From Moniliella sp. 'wahieum' (Eukaryota), in NCBI GenBank assembly GCA_003971905.1, contig RSEE01000027.1, positions 248,001-312,000 on the forward strand: 64,000 nucleotides of DNA, read 5' to 3'. Each line of letters begins with the position of its first letter. The stretch's first letter is position 1. Positions 1 through 13,399 of the stretch are shown in pieces. Under the pieces are notes generated by a model that was given only the letters and a program-made list of their open reading frames with translations, made no database searches and was not told the DNA's origin. Made by a program: the position numbers and the translations under genes.

Positions 1-68
1 GCCGAGAGTCGCCAGTTGACGTTCTGTTTTATTACCGCCATCCATCGGGCTCGGAAGATGGGCTTGCA

Positions 69-2450
69 ATGCCCGTTGCTGCCTCCATGGCCCAGATCCG
101 TGCCCAGATCGGCGTGCTGCGTGGTTCGGCCGACCTGCTGATCGAGCTGCTGCGCCTGCCGCACCCCGACACGTCTGTCGGTGCATCGGACCACTCTTGT
201 TTTAGCGAGCACCCGGTCTACTCGACCCATTCATCCTGCCAGCGCGCCTTTAGCTTGTGGCTTGCCCCGCGTACCTGGATGGCCGTTGCGATCGATGTGC
301 CGCGCTGGGTCAAACCATCGCCCACGTCTGGTACAGGCCAAGTGAAGTGGGTGCACGACACCTGTTGGCGTCCGGATGCCTGGCTCGCTGCCCAATTTGC
401 CTCGGCGGGACAGGTGGGTTCTGTTGCACGGGCCCTTGACAGATGATTCGCCCAGTAGCGTGCTCGATGGGTTCTTTGCGCCCTGGGCGGCCAATTTTGA
501 CCCCTACAGCCCTCCCTCGCCCGACCTCCCACCCGCAACGACGGCACGGGTCACGTCTCAGCACTGGAACTTGCCTTGCAACACCCGGGTCTCTCTCCTG
601 TTTCCCCCTTTTACCACGCATCGCGTTCGCCCCCGCGCTCAGCATGGCTTCCCCACCACCGTACTCCCTTGTTGGAACGGATCCCAAGGAGCAGCACCGA
701 GTCCTCATCCCCCGAACCGGACTCGGACTCGGACACCAACGTGCTCGCCCCCTTGCGGGACACTTGGCTACGTCTTTGGGGCAGACATTTGTCTTGGATT
801 CCGGCAACCGCGCGCTCCGCTCGTCGGCGCATGCGTTTGATAAGGACACGGTCGTCTACCTGGCTCAGCAAGTGACCTTTCAAGCCGGGATGAGGCATAC
901 GTGGCGAGCCTGTTGATTGCGCAGGTCCGCGAAAAGTATTGGTACTTCTTGTGGCCGCCGATGCGGCCCCAGCTGATCGGGCGGCACGGGAGCAGGCCTT
1001 GCGCGAGTACCGCGCGCGCCACCAAGCGTGGGAGACGCGCCAAGCCGAGTTGGCAGCTGCCCGCCGCGGACGCTGACGCTGCCGCTGCCGCTGCCGCCGC
1101 CCGGGCCGCGCTTTCCCAGCCCCGCTCGGCGCTCAGTACCACTGCGACAGCCTTTGCCGTCGCCTGTGGCCGTTGACGATGAACCTTCCTGGCGGTCCGG
1201 CTCCCTCGTCCAGTCGGCCTCGAGCACTGCCATTTCCCTTTCTGGGGCTGCCGAGGACTCGGGTCGCTCAGCCAATTCGTCCGTCTCGCCGCACCCTGCA
1301 CCAACGCTGACGACCGCCGTGGCGGATGCAGCCACGACCGCGTCGGCCGGTCGCTGGACGCTGTGAAAGGCACTGCCTCAGCAGCCTTGCGCTTGTGGCC
1401 TGCCTGGACGGCACCGCCAGTGCCACCGGCAAAGAGGGGCATCCGTCCCCTTCCGATCGGCCGGGCCTTGCTTGCCCAAACACCCAAGAGACGCCGGATC
1501 CGCCCCTGACCTCTCTTGAGTGCGCACCGGCACTACCAAGCACGCCCCGGCCCGTTCGGCGAGCCGCCCGGCAGCAGTCCGAATGGGAGCACCCGCCTGG
1601 CTCCCGCCCACGCACCAGCATCCTCCTCGACCGAGGACTTATCTGAACTCCCCCCCGTTTCGATGGATTCCACCATGGCAGTGCCCGAGGTCGAAGCCGA
1701 GCCCTCGCTCCAGCTTCCGGCCCCGAGCGCTGCGCCGCCGTTTACTTGCTTCTCCTTGGCGGTTGGCCTACGGGTTCGCACATCAGCCTGGCCGGGCCAA
1801 GGCACATGTGATTCTGGTACGTGTCCGATTTGGAGTGACCACCGAGCGAGAGCGAGCTAACGAACTAACCGCCCTACCTTGCTCCAGTACGCTCAAACCG
1901 CCGTGGTGCTCGTGTCTCAAGAACCGACGGCTCCAGGACGACGTGCACTACGAGTCGTTCGACAACCTTCGGACCACAGTACCAACACTTGCGTGACTGA
2001 AAGTTGTGCCCAGGCCTTGGTGCACGCCCCTCGCCCCGCTGCGCCTCCTCGACGACCTGCACGCCGCCAGCCAAACAAGGCGGACAGCGAGATGGCCGCC
2101 ACGGCCCAGGCCATGGGCAGCTTGACTTGTGGCGTGGTGCACACTCCTGCCGAACCAAGTATGGACGTGCGCCTGCGCCAGCCGGCGCCACCACACGTGG
2201 ACGAAGCTGTAGCGACGACGGCTCGACGGGTGCTCGATACCCGCTCGGCCGTCGAGGGCGTCGCTGCGCGCCATGCCAGTTGCTGGCACTCAGTCCTAGT
2301 GTGCTGGAGGTAACTCGCGCACGTTTGCCCCCCTCGCCTGGATTCGTTCCTCCCGAACTGGCGACCAGGCCGAGCAGGGCGCGCCCACGGTGCACACCCT
2401 CGTTCCCAATGCCCACTTGGGCATGTCGGCTGCCGAGGAGGCGATGCAAA
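69..2450 (+). CDS. Hypothetical protein, frameshifted; boundaries uncertain
   Basis: Chain of overlapping + strand ORFs. A canonical intron lies at 1817-1887 (GTACGT donor, CTAAC branch, CAG acceptor). No recognisable domain. Confidence 0.35.
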
Positions 2451-2754
2451 CCGCACTGGCGTTGCCCTGAGCCTTGCGTGAGCGCTGGGCAATTTGTTCT
2501 ATCCAATGCTGCCTGTTGCCTTTCTACCGCTGTGCCTACGTGCCACCAGATACCCTGTCCAGGTCCATTTCCGTACGATCATTCAGTTGGACAAGAGCGC
2601 ATGCTCCGTTCATAACATGGCTCGATGCTCGTCGCCTAGGGAGCTGTGGGATAAGGGAGGGACATCAGGTGAAACGACGATCCTATAGGGGGAAAGAGGA
2701 GGGGGGGGGGGGAAATGACACCAGCCGTATGAGACTTTCACCAAAGCGCTCCGC

Positions 2755-5700
2755 TTAGCGTCCACCACTGCGACGCTTGGAAAAGTAGTAGAGGATCAAG
2801 TCTTGCTGGCTCTGCGTAAGCGGATCGAGACCCGGAACAACTCGGTCGTCGACTGCAACTCCCGTGCTGCACTCAGCACAGTCGCGTTAGCCACTGCACG
2901 AACATCGGCCGCCTTGTGCAGCAGCCCAGCACGCAGGGGTCCGCGCAGACGTGGCAGCTCATCCTCAATCACCTCGGCTGGCATCTGCTCCAGCAGCTTG
3001 GCAAAGACTTGGAGGACCAGCTTGAGTACCGCCGCTCCGCTCACCGAATCGTCCTCCTCTGATGGGCAGTGGCTCACCAGGGTGCGCAAGCACAGCACCG
3101 AGTCGGTCTGGCTCGCCCAGGCACTGAGGATGCCTTCACAGGGTGCACCGTACCGTAACGGTTCTTGTGCCAGCGTCGAATCAAGCGCTAGCTGAACCAG
3201 TTGTCTTGCTGTCCCGACAGGGTGATCGCATCAATCGTGTGGTGCACAGCCAGTCGATGAAGAACAATGAGCGTAGCTAACGCCGGCTCAGCCGCGTTGG
3301 CCTAGAAACAAAAGGAAGAAGGTTAGCATGCACCTCGATAACACAAGAAAGCCGCCACGTACGTTAGCCTTGGCTCGAACCAAGTCAAACAAACACTGCA
3401 GTAGTTCGGCTGTAGCCGCGGGGTGCTGAGCAAGCGGGTGCGAATGGCCCATATCGTCCTGTGCAGGGTAGGACGCCCAACGGCTCAGCTTGCGGAACAA
3501 CCTGAGGTCCGGCTCGCCTTCGCGCAGCCGGTGCAGCCAATGTTCGACAGACTCCAGTTCATTCAGAGCGCGACGGTGCGACCTCGCTTTGTCCTGTACC
3601 GGTGGCTGTGGTGACGGCTGCAAATGCTGGTCCCCAGTCCCCGCCACAAAGGCTGTCCCTCGGGCAAGGAGCCACCTAAATCCGTTTCCGCCAGCACGGC
3701 ACAGGAGGTAGAGCCTCATTCCTTGGTGCGGTTACGGAAGTAAGTGTCGTGGCCGGCATCCCCACGATTAGTGTGGTCGTCCCATCCGAGCTGACAAAAC
3801 TCACTGGCCTTGCAGGGGGGTCCCCTTCAGGAGCGGGGGGGGCAGGATCAATGCCAAGTGTCACACCAGGAGCCGCGACCAGTTCCTTGGGAACGGGCGC
3901 AGGGGGGATGCAGCCTCCTCCATCGACACATCGGCCGAGGGCGCTAAAAGGGGGCTGGATGGCATCTCTCTTTGCCATTGCTCCACCTTAGATTCGGGAC
4001 TCACCATCTCATGGTGTCCCGAGGGGAAGGAGGCACTGCGTCCCATTGGATCACTGGTTCCGCAGGGGCTGCCTCCGAGACTGGCTTGCCTGAGCGCTCC
4101 TGGGCCATACGGGCCGAGGCAGCTCGCTTGGCCCGAAGCAAAGCGAGACTTGCGCCGGGGGCACGCCGAATGGTACTGCCTGCGGAGGTGACAGATGGGG
4201 CGCGCTTCCCTGGGTTGTCTCGTCCTCTGCTTCCTCGCGAGCCGAAAGATCATTCATCAATATCCCCTTGGTTTTGGGGTCAAGCTTGTTCAACAGCGCT
4301 TCGGCATCGCTGCGTGCGGGAGGCAAGGCATGGAACAGCCAGAATGATTTGCGGGCTTCAGCTCGAACGTCCTTGTTGGAGTCTACCAGTTCATTCCCAA
4401 TCACTTGAGCCATGGATTCAAGGTTGGCCCGGGCCAAGAACCTGGCCCGTCCCGCGCCATTGGCAGCAGTGGCGGCCAGCGCTGTTGATCCGGGGCGATA
4501 GGTGGAAAGGAGCAGCTTGGTGTACCTAGCCAATGCGATGCGGAGTTGAACGTTCTTGTCATTGACCAGGAATTGTAACGTATGGTAGTAGCCTGGGCGG
4601 AACGGGACGCATTGCAAAAGTGCGCCAATGGCCGTTTGGGCAGCATTGGCCGTCATCTTCTTGGTACCTCCACTGACCCGCAGCATTGCCGCAAGGAACA
4701 CATCGGCCACACCATTCTGGCCCAACTCGTCATTTAGGGCTACCAGAAGCTCCTCAACGAGGGCAATGGACTGGATCGCTAGAGTCGTCCGCAAGGTAGA
4801 CGCCTAAGTAACGCGCAAGGTCAGTCATCTGGATGGAAAGACAAGTGCTCCAAAAGGGTACTTACTGTCTTTGCAATCCCGTCTTGAATTAGGCGAATGT
4901 TGGCCGGTAAAGCACGCCGTACATCAGGTGGAAGCTCATGGCTGAGCAATCCTCGCAGCTTGAGAATGTCAGCCTGGCGTGGACCCCAGTTCTTTTCCGT
5001 CTCAACTCCTTCGAAATGAGGTTCCATGACCAAGAACATCCGATCCAACTCGCCCATGCTAGAGATGTAAGTGTGACTTTCCACACGGGGACCGATCGTC
5101 GGCGTATACTCCTTTGACGCCAAAGCGCGATCAGTGGCACCCGAGACGGGCTTGGACGCAGCCCGGTCCCCCGGGCCCGAGGCGGATGCCCCAGAGGCAA
5201 GGTCAACCATAAGCGACTCCACCAATGGCTTCCTAATTCCCTGCTTCTCCATTTCGCGGTGCAGCTCAGCACGAGCCAAGGGGGCAGTGCGAGAGAAAAT
5301 AGGCACAATGGCGGCCTTGGCAGCCTCGCGCACCTTGGCGTCGGCATCGGCGAGCGCAGTGACGAGGGGAGCAGTAAAGGGGCGATGGGGAAGGAGGAAT
5401 GAGCCTGTTTAATGGAGAGAAGAAGGGCCACGCTGGTTTCGCGGATACGGGGGTTCTTGGCGTGCAAAGCCTGGTCAATGTAGGTAGCAACAAACACATC
5501 CAGCGGGGTGTCCTGTGCACTTGCCCGGGCCGGCGGGAGGGTGAGGAAGAGCGACGACGAGCGCTGCCAGGGCCTGGACAGCCTCGGAAGCGGCTGTTTT
5601 GGTCTTGACCTTGGCATCGCCCAGCCGTTCAAAAGCAAGCGAGGCGGCGTGGTGGGTGAAGAAGCGGGCGAGACGGAGGGCATGGGCAACGAGGCCCGGC

Positions 5701-6011
5701 TCGTCGGCTACAGCTGCAGTCTCGATGCGCAGACGGGTGGCATAGGTGGCCACGAGCGCAAACGCGGTGGCCGCCACGTCCTGGTGTGCGGCGCGAAGCG
5801 AGGTGCGTAGCGCGTCGAGAAGCGCCTGGGCGTCAGGGAGGGGCGCGGACACGCGCAGCGCGCCAGCAGCGTCGAGGGCAGCGACCTTGGTGGCAGGGTC
5901 GATGCTGTCGGCGCGGGCGAGGGCGGCAAGGACATCGGCGTCGGTGACGGCGGGAGGCTGGACGCCAGCGTCGACATCGACGTCGGTGTCGACATCCATG
6001 GCAGCATGCAT
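2755..6011 (-). CDS. STU1: CLASP family microtubule-associated protein (Stu1), HEAT/TOG-like repeats
   Basis: Stitched peptides: FERLGDAKVK; ALHAKNPRIRE; LADADAKVREAAK; PHFEGVETEKNWGPRQADILKLRGLL; LRTTLAIQ...RVSGGTKKMTANAA...VNDKNVQLR; C-terminal LIL-YY-FSKR. ATG at 6011, TAA at 2755-2757; introns and frameshifts present. Confidence 0.88.
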
Positions 6012-6905
6012 GGCGAGGGCGATGGTGGGAGGAGGCAGCGAGCCGAGTAGGCGATGGCAGCCTGTCGCCCCAGCCGAGCCTCCAGCCGATGAGCCAGCCG
6101 GACGCGCCACCCTCAACATTTCAATTGGGCCGGGCCGCGGCCGTCGACCAGCGAGCAGAGCACGCTTGCTCACCATCGCATTATATGCTTCCTCTTCCGC
6201 GCCGCTTGGGCCGCCTCGTGGACCCCGCCGCCTCATCCATTTCTCCCTGGGACGAACCAGCAGGATGCATTCTGCAGCAGCGCCCCCAGCCAGCGGTGCG
6301 CCGCTGCCGCCTCGCTCGAGGACAGCCTGTTGCACGCAGCCACCGCCGGGACATAATAGACCCTGTCAGCGTGCCAGCGTGGAGCGGACGGGGCGGGGGG
6401 CAAGGGCTACGTGCCGCATGGCTACCAGTGTCAGGCGGACGTCGCATACCTCTCACTCAGCTACGTGAGAGCAGACGGCCTGGGGCTTTGCTTGCGCCGA
6501 CCCGATTATAAGCTTGACGCCGCAATCATATACCATCCCTGCCAGCCGCCCGCCCCACACAAACTCACATCGACCCAGCGCCGTCAGTCGCGCACGGGAC
6601 CCGGCTGAGTCGCTGGAAGAAGCGACCGCCGTGAGGACAGCAACCATGCCGTCGTGGTTGGCGGTGGTGTCGGTCGTGGCGGCGCTGGCCAGCGTCGTGG
6701 CCAGCGGGCAGAAGCCGCCGTCGCCCACGCCCACGCAGCTGCACCTCACCCACGCTGGGCGGCGGGACGTACGTAAGCAGCCTGCCTCCCGTTCTGGCCG
6801 GCGCGGTATCAGCGCGCCCCCCCCCGCGCCCGCCCCGCCTGGCCCACGGCCACGAAGCAGACAGGCACCCCGACGCCGCCCAGCACCACGACGCGGACGA
6901 CGACG

Positions 6906-8272
6906 ATGGCGCGTGCGGCGCGCGATCCAACGGCCGCGCTGGCCATGGCGTGGCGCAAACAGCCTGACCGCAAGCCCAGCGAGCGCGATATGCTCTCCAT
7001 GTGGCCCGTCAGTAGCTGGCAGCTGTGCCGCAACTTTGTTCTCTCCCAGCTCGCCCTCCGCCCGCTGGCGCGCGTACCCACCCCCTCGTTGTCGGTGTCC
7101 AAGGCCCGCAAGGCAGTGGTGCGTCCGTTTCTGTTCCTGTTCTTCTCCCCGATTCTGCCGTGCGCACCCGATCCTTGTCTGTCGGACTAGCTGATGGGCT
7201 GGCCGGGCTGACCCAGCTGTACCACCTCTTCCAGGCAAGAGCACCCTCGTCCACCGTCTTGCTGCCGAACTGAGTTCGGGCGGATACCGTCTGCGCGTCG
7301 CAGTGCTGAGCATTGATGATCTGTACCTCCCCGCCGACATACTCGCACGCATGCGGGCAGCCGAACCGGACAATGCATTGCTGGCCGGGCGGGGGCTGCC
7401 GGGCACACATGACGTGGCGCTCGGCGAGAGAATCCTGCGCAATGTGCGCAACCTACCTCCGCTACCCCATGACGCCGCTGAGGATGAGGCGTACGACCCA
7501 GTCTACATCCAATCCGCCGAGGAGGCGCGCTTGCCCATGTACGACAAGGGAGCTTTAGACGGTCGGGGCGATCGATCGTCAATGCCGCACATCGTGCCCC
7601 GTCCCCGTCAATTGGACGTGTTCCTCATTGAGGGGTGGTGTCTCGGCTATGCACCGCTTGGTCCTGCGGGGGTGGCAAAGTGGTACGAAGAAGCGCAACG
7701 CAAAGCCGACGGGCGGAGTACGGGCACGCGTGCTGGACCACACGTTGGAACAACTGCAGGCAGTGGATGAGGCACTGGCCACGTATGCGCGACGCTGGTG
7801 CGTGTACCTTGATGCCCTAGTCCAGCTCTGGCCTGTGGTGGGGGAGCGGGCGGCACGGGAGGCAGGCAATGAAGCAGATGCTTCGCAGGCGGCCTGGAGC
7901 CATGTACATGATTGGCGGTTGGAGGGCGAACGCAAGCTGCGGAATGAGACGGGGCGAGGCATGGATGACGCCCAGACAGAGGCGTTCCTGGCACGATATA
8001 TGCCCGCTTATGAGTTGTGGGAGCGGAAGGCACGGTGGTGCCATTGGCGAAGCACTCAATGCTGGGCCCGAGCCCCTGAAACGGACCGAACAAGCATGTC
8101 GGGGGCGGACACAACATCTGACGGACCAGCTGTTGTTTCACGACCATCACGATCCGACTCGCTATCGGCGGAGGAGGAGGAGGAGGACCTGTTGCCGCAC
8201 ATGCCCCCCGCGCGCATTCTTCGGATCGACCTCAACGCGGAACGGTCGGTGGAAGAATGCTCGCTGCGCTAG
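6906..8272 (+). CDS. TDA10: Tda10-like / D-glycerate-kinase-like P-loop kinase
   Basis: VVGVQGPQGSG P-loop, VLSIDDLYL, GRGLPGTHD, PMYDKGALDGRGDR, FLIEGWCLG, WRLEGE...GM...F..RYMPAYE. Start codon uncertain. Confidence 0.82.
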
Positions 8273-8660
8273 AGGCTTGTTTGTTATACGCATGTGTGGT
8301 GCACGTGGAAGATGTCGTAGCGGGGACCCCCCCCTTGTTTGACTGTCATCGGTGCGCCTCCACACCCCAGTCTCACATGTCACAGATCTGAACCAACGAA
8401 GAACACTGTTGAGAAGCTGCTCTGGCGAGCGTTACTAGCGTATAGAAGCAGATTATAGTCTCAGGAGTTGACCTTTGACACACCTTCGCACCTGTGTTGT
8501 GATAAAGGAGAGACAGCTTCCCTCGACCGTCCCTGTACCGTGAGCAGGCAAAACAACTAAGCATTATCAGCCTCCCCTGTGCTTTGTCCTTTCTCCAGTG
8601 CCTTCTTTTGTCATCCTGTGTTGAGCCATGGGGTGGCTCGTGCTTTGGCCAATAATGTCC

Positions 8661-8835
8661 TGTAACAGTCGGGGCTAAACGAGGGAGACCAAGGTCCTGT
8701 CAGAGGCGGGGGAAAGGCAAGATCGGGGGAGGAAACAGAAGGCATCAGGCAGAGAACAGAAACAAAAGGGAAGGGAAGAGCGAGAGACACAGGATGCGGA
8801 ATTGAAATTGGAGCGAGCTTAGTCATTCGGTGACA
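8661..8835 (-). mobile_element. Solo LTR of the chromovirus family at 50893-56534
   Basis: 175-bp reverse-complement match to the 181-bp LTR, TG...CA ends, perfect 5-bp TSD TGTCC (8656-8660 and 8836-8840). Confidence 0.95.
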
Positions 8836-9771
8836 TGTCCCTTCAGTTCCTCCTCAGAAAGCCTGCCGGAGTTTCGTTGTTTTCTCTCTCTTTTTGTCCT
8901 TGTTCCGCAGCTTAGCCCCCGGTAGCAACGCGCTGCTTGTTGTTCCTCTGTATGCGTTGCTGGTTGGCTTAGACCACTACCACCACCAGTGATATTGCAT
9001 CACCCTCGAGGACCATCAGGCCTCAGGACTCCAGGTCTCATCATCCTGTGTTTGCCCTACCCCACCGCTATCTCTTCACGACTGATATCGCTTTCAGTGG
9101 ATACTTCAATCACTTAGTTATTGTGCTCGTGACCAGCTCCACTATCTTTGGCCATCTGAAGCGTGGTCACTGTTGTGGTCGCGGCGCAACACACCACAAC
9201 TCGTTGGGGGCTAAAAAAAGTCGGGGGTAGCTTTTTTCCCCTGTGGCTGTACATCCGGGGCCTCTAACCACCACGTTCAGGTCCAATGTGGTTCATCGCC
9301 GCCTTCATGCAATGCCTCAGGACCTCAGGTCGCTGTCCTGTCTTTTCCCGGTTCCTTCAAGAAGGAGGTCTGTAGGTTCCTGAGTCAATCAACTAAGGAT
9401 GCTTGAAGCAATAAAGCTTAAAGGCTGCCGTGCCTATCGATTGTCCAAAATGGGGGGTGACGAGCGTGACGCGTGGTGCGTGACATGTGACACCGTGTGA
9501 TACTCACCTCTGACAATTGAAACCGATGATGTATGTGATGCATGACAATCATTTTACGTAAGTGGATGATCGCCTGGTTAGGGTTGCAGGTGGAGGCCAG
9601 CACTTGCTCCTTTCAAATTGCAAAAGGAACAAATTTTCCCTATTTATTCTGCTCTCTTCGTCGCCTTCGTCTGCTGCGTCTCCACCACCACCACCTCTAC
9701 TGACCTTCCCGCTTTGTTTCGATGTGTGAACACTACTGGTAATGGTAAGTCATTCCTCCTTCCCATCCTCC

Positions 9772-9851
9772 TTAAGGATGAATCATTTTCACAGACCTGA
9801 ACCGATCGCTTCGGCGAGGTGCGGCCAACCTATATTGCCTTTTCTGATCTT
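9772..9851 (+). ncRNA. snR56: Box C/D snoRNA snR56/U25 (18S Gm1428 guide), intronic
   Basis: Box C-like AGGATGA (9775-9781). Guide TCACAGACCTG (9789-9799) is complementary to 18S CAGGUCUGUGA. D' CCGA (9802-9805), second antisense TATTGCCT, box D CTGA (9844-9847). Lies within intron GTAAGT 9745 ... GCTGAC ... TAG 9936. Confidence 0.8.
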
Positions 9852-10567
9852 TCGTCTCCTCACCTTGCGGTGTGGGTCATGGATGTGCATGTGGAATGTT
9901 GTGCTGACGTTTCTTTCTTGTGCTCGTCTGCTCTAGTATCTCTCTGTCCTGCCTTGGTTATGCATGCGTACTCTGAAAACTGTGTGTGTTGTATGTAGTG
10001 GTTATATATGCGTGCTCTTGATCGCACTGGCGCTACGACAAGATGATATCGTGTGAGTTCTGAGTAGCATCCTTCTTGTGTACGCGCTACAGCATCCCAG
10101 GGCGCGCACCGCAAGAAGGCAAAAAAGGACGATAGCAAAAGCGCGCACTTACGACGCCTGGTCTGCCCCCCCCCCCCGCTCATTCGTGGTAGGTGTGCGT
10201 CCGCCTGGCCGCTCGGCGGCGAGTGGCGGCGCCAACAACTGGGCAGCTCGGGCGCGCGTGAGGCGAGGGCCGCGCGCAGGCAGCGAAGGTGGGGCAGCGC
10301 GGCCGGTGTGGTTCACGTCAGCACGTGCGCGCACGGGCACAGGCCAGTGTGCGGCCGGGTCCGCCCGCTGAGGCGGTGGCTGGTGGGGCGGGGCACGGGG
10401 GGGGGGTCCTAGTGCTAGGCACTAGCCACTGCCCCCCCGAGTTGCCAGCTGCTCTCCCCAGTTGCTAATCCCCAGTGGCTCTCCGCGCAGCCCAGCGCAG
10501 CCAGACGGCCGCCAGCACACCCGCCTTCAGCTTCAGGTCCCCCCGCCGCCACTGCCGTACTGTGCGC

Positions 10568-12411
10568 ATGTCGCCGTGTCCGCCGCCCGTGTCGGGACCC
10601 CCCAGCATCCGCGTCCGCCGCAACGGCCGCTCGAGCCCTTCCACCCAAACACCCACCCCGCGCCCGCGTCGACCCCGATGGCCCACTCGCCGACGCCCGC
10701 CCCACCTCCCCGCCGGCTCCGCCGTCAGTGCGCGCCAAGCCACGCTCCCCTGCGCTACTACAGCTCACCAGCCCTCCCTCCGCCCTCCCCCCGGCCATGG
10801 GTCCGCCACCGCGCCCCGCGCCCGCATCGGCCCCCTCTTCCACACTCCTCCCCAGCCAGCGCGCGCACCCGCCCCAAAGCGCCTGCCACCGCCGCCAACG
10901 TCGCTGCCCAGCCCCCGTCGCGTGCGCGCGTCGACATGTCGGCCCTGTTCCCGGACGCCGGGCCCGCCCCCCTCGCGCCGCGACCCGGCGCTTCCCCCGC
11001 CCCGCCTATGGCCTCACCAGCCCCCCGGAGCGTCGTCAGCGCCGGCCCGGCCCCGCGCGGCCGGCCGTGCGCAAGGTGCAGAGCACAACAACGTTGCCCA
11101 TCCTCCTCCCATCTGGACCGGCTCTCGGCGAGGCCTCTCTCCCATCCCAGCGCTGGCCCACCCATTGCCCAAGCGCACGTTCACCCTCGTCATCGCCGTC
11201 TCCCCGCCGTTGGCTGCGGTCTCCACCAGCCCCTTGGGCCCGGCCTCGCGCTCCGACGCAAACCACATCACCTTCTCCCGTGGCGGACAGGGACATGCCC
11301 GCAGCATCAGCAGCATTAGCGGCTCCAATGGCCACCCAGCTGCTCCGCGCGTGCCACGAAGCAGGAGCAACAGCGTGGCCAGCACTCCCTCCCGCGGCAG
11401 GCGGGGAGCTAGTGCCCCCTCTAGCCCCGTAAGCAGCAAATAATGCCCAACCGGCGCAGCATGCAGACCCCTGACCCTGAGCTGATGGGGGCGCAGGCAC
11501 TGGAAGCCGTCTCCGAGGTGGGCGAGCCGACGCTCAATTCTACTCTCCCAGACCGGGGTGGTCGTCGAGCAGGAGCCAAGCCGAGGCTGCAACGCTCAAG
11601 CTCGAGGAAGAAAGCCAGAAAGATCGCAAGATCCTTGACCTCGAAATCTCCAACCGCAGTCTCTTGACCATCAACGAAGCATCGAGGTGACCAAGTTGCA
11701 GCAGGCACAGGAGATTCGTGAGCTCAAGCGCCGCTTACGCCAGTTCAAGCTCGATGGCCCCTTGGGGAAGAGATGTCATGGGAAGAATCAGCGAGGAAGC
11801 CTCTGCCTCTGACGAATCGGGGAGTGAATGGGACGAGGAGCATGGCACTGGGACCAAGGATCCACCGCTCAAATTTACGGAGGACCCAGTCTTGGCCACA
11901 CTGAATCTTCGATGCCGCAAGTTGGTAGAGGAGATGACAACGCGCGCGCCAGAGCAGCGTTGGCCTTTGAACCATCCAAGGGCCATGTGGGCACGGGCGG
12001 CAAAGTCCTTCACCCTGCCGAAGTCGCTGCTTTGCGGGCCAACGCGACCCTGGAGGAATCGATCGACTTGACCGAAGACGCCTCCCTATCCTTGGATGTT
12101 ACCGGGGAAGAGAATGGGTCCCCTTCCCGGCCCCTCAGTCCCAGTGGGGCCCGCGTCACTCCCACCCCAGTGCGATGGAGAGTGATGGATCACGCGGCAC
12201 CATCGCCAGCGATACGGATGCAACGGACGATTCGATTAGTGCCTCCCATTCCGCTGCCCAGATCGTGGCACGCGTGCCATCGCATACCATTCTTCCCCCC
12301 AAAGTGTCCCTTCGCCACTCCACCCCGCCCGCCGGCGAGTTCCATGGGCACGACCTGCTGAACGGAGGCATTGTCGTCCTCGGCTCGGACGATGCAGACG
12401 AGATGGAATGA
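10568..12411 (+). CDS. Conserved uncharacterised fungal coiled-coil protein (DLEISN.SLL.IN motif), Pro/Ser-rich N-terminus
   Basis: At about 11620-11745, reading across frameshifts: RKI..DLEISNRSLLTINE...TKLQQAQEIRELKRRLRQ. Stop at 12409-12411; start approximate. Confidence 0.55.
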
Positions 12412-13399
12412 CTGTCAATGGTGCAGTGTCCCCCGTTCTGCCCGCCGCTTCCCTAGGCACCGTTGCGTCCACGTTGCGTCCCCCAAGGCCGGCGCAGCCA
12501 CGGAGATCGAATGTAGTAGCGGATCTTTCGATCGATTGATCTCTTTTCCCTGAGAAAAAGGGACTAAGAAGCCCGGCATGTCTTGCTCCGTATACCTCCT
12601 TCTTCATTTGGGGTTCTCTTGGTTCCCTTCGTCCTCGTATGCCTGCCACCTCTACCTCACCCGGTTGTCTTCGAATTGCCCGCGCCGTATGTCGCCTTCT
12701 GGGCTGTTCGCATGTACATTCTGCACTCTATCATCATTCACTTGTCATTCCCAGCGGAGTCTCACCCTACTGAGTGTCGGACGACCCTACCAAAGCGCGC
12801 CAATAATGTTTGCGTCCTGAAGGGGAAGGGGTTGATGCTCTCGTGCGGCTGTTTGGAAGCCGGTGACAGGGTCAGAAAAGTGACTTGGTGGTCTTAGCTC
12901 TAGAGTCGACCCTCCAGAAGAGATATATGGCTCTCGAGGACGATCTTCCACAACTAGCATATCCGGTGGTATTACTACCCAGTCAATGAGTGCTACAATT
13001 TGCTAAGGCGTTTCTGCCTCTCGGCTTGGGACAGCCAGTGAGGCGCGGAGATTGTGCAGTTGGCTGTGACGCGCCTGAGAGGGTGGGGGGGGAGGGAAGA
13101 GGAGCCAAGAAGAGAACTTGTCAGCAGGCTATCCCTTCCCTGGCATGATCAATAACGGACAGTCCCCTTGGTGTTCCTCTTCTATCATTCAAGCAGTGGC
13201 CCACCGATGGGGCCTCGAGGCGAGGACCTCCTCACCGTATTACAACGACAGGCGAGGTACCAAGGGAGGTAACTAGTACAGTCATGATACCACATCGCGT
13301 TTGTCGAATGCGATTAACGAAAAGGAGTAGCGAAATGCAGCTGAGCACAACATAGAGGCATCTGGGGGCTTATGCAAATGCTAACTAGCTTCTAACTTC

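Noticed and set aside
9745..9794. Short intron ending at TTTTCACAG
   Set aside because: That sequence is better explained as the snoRNA guide; a proper branch point and acceptor lie at 9903-9936.
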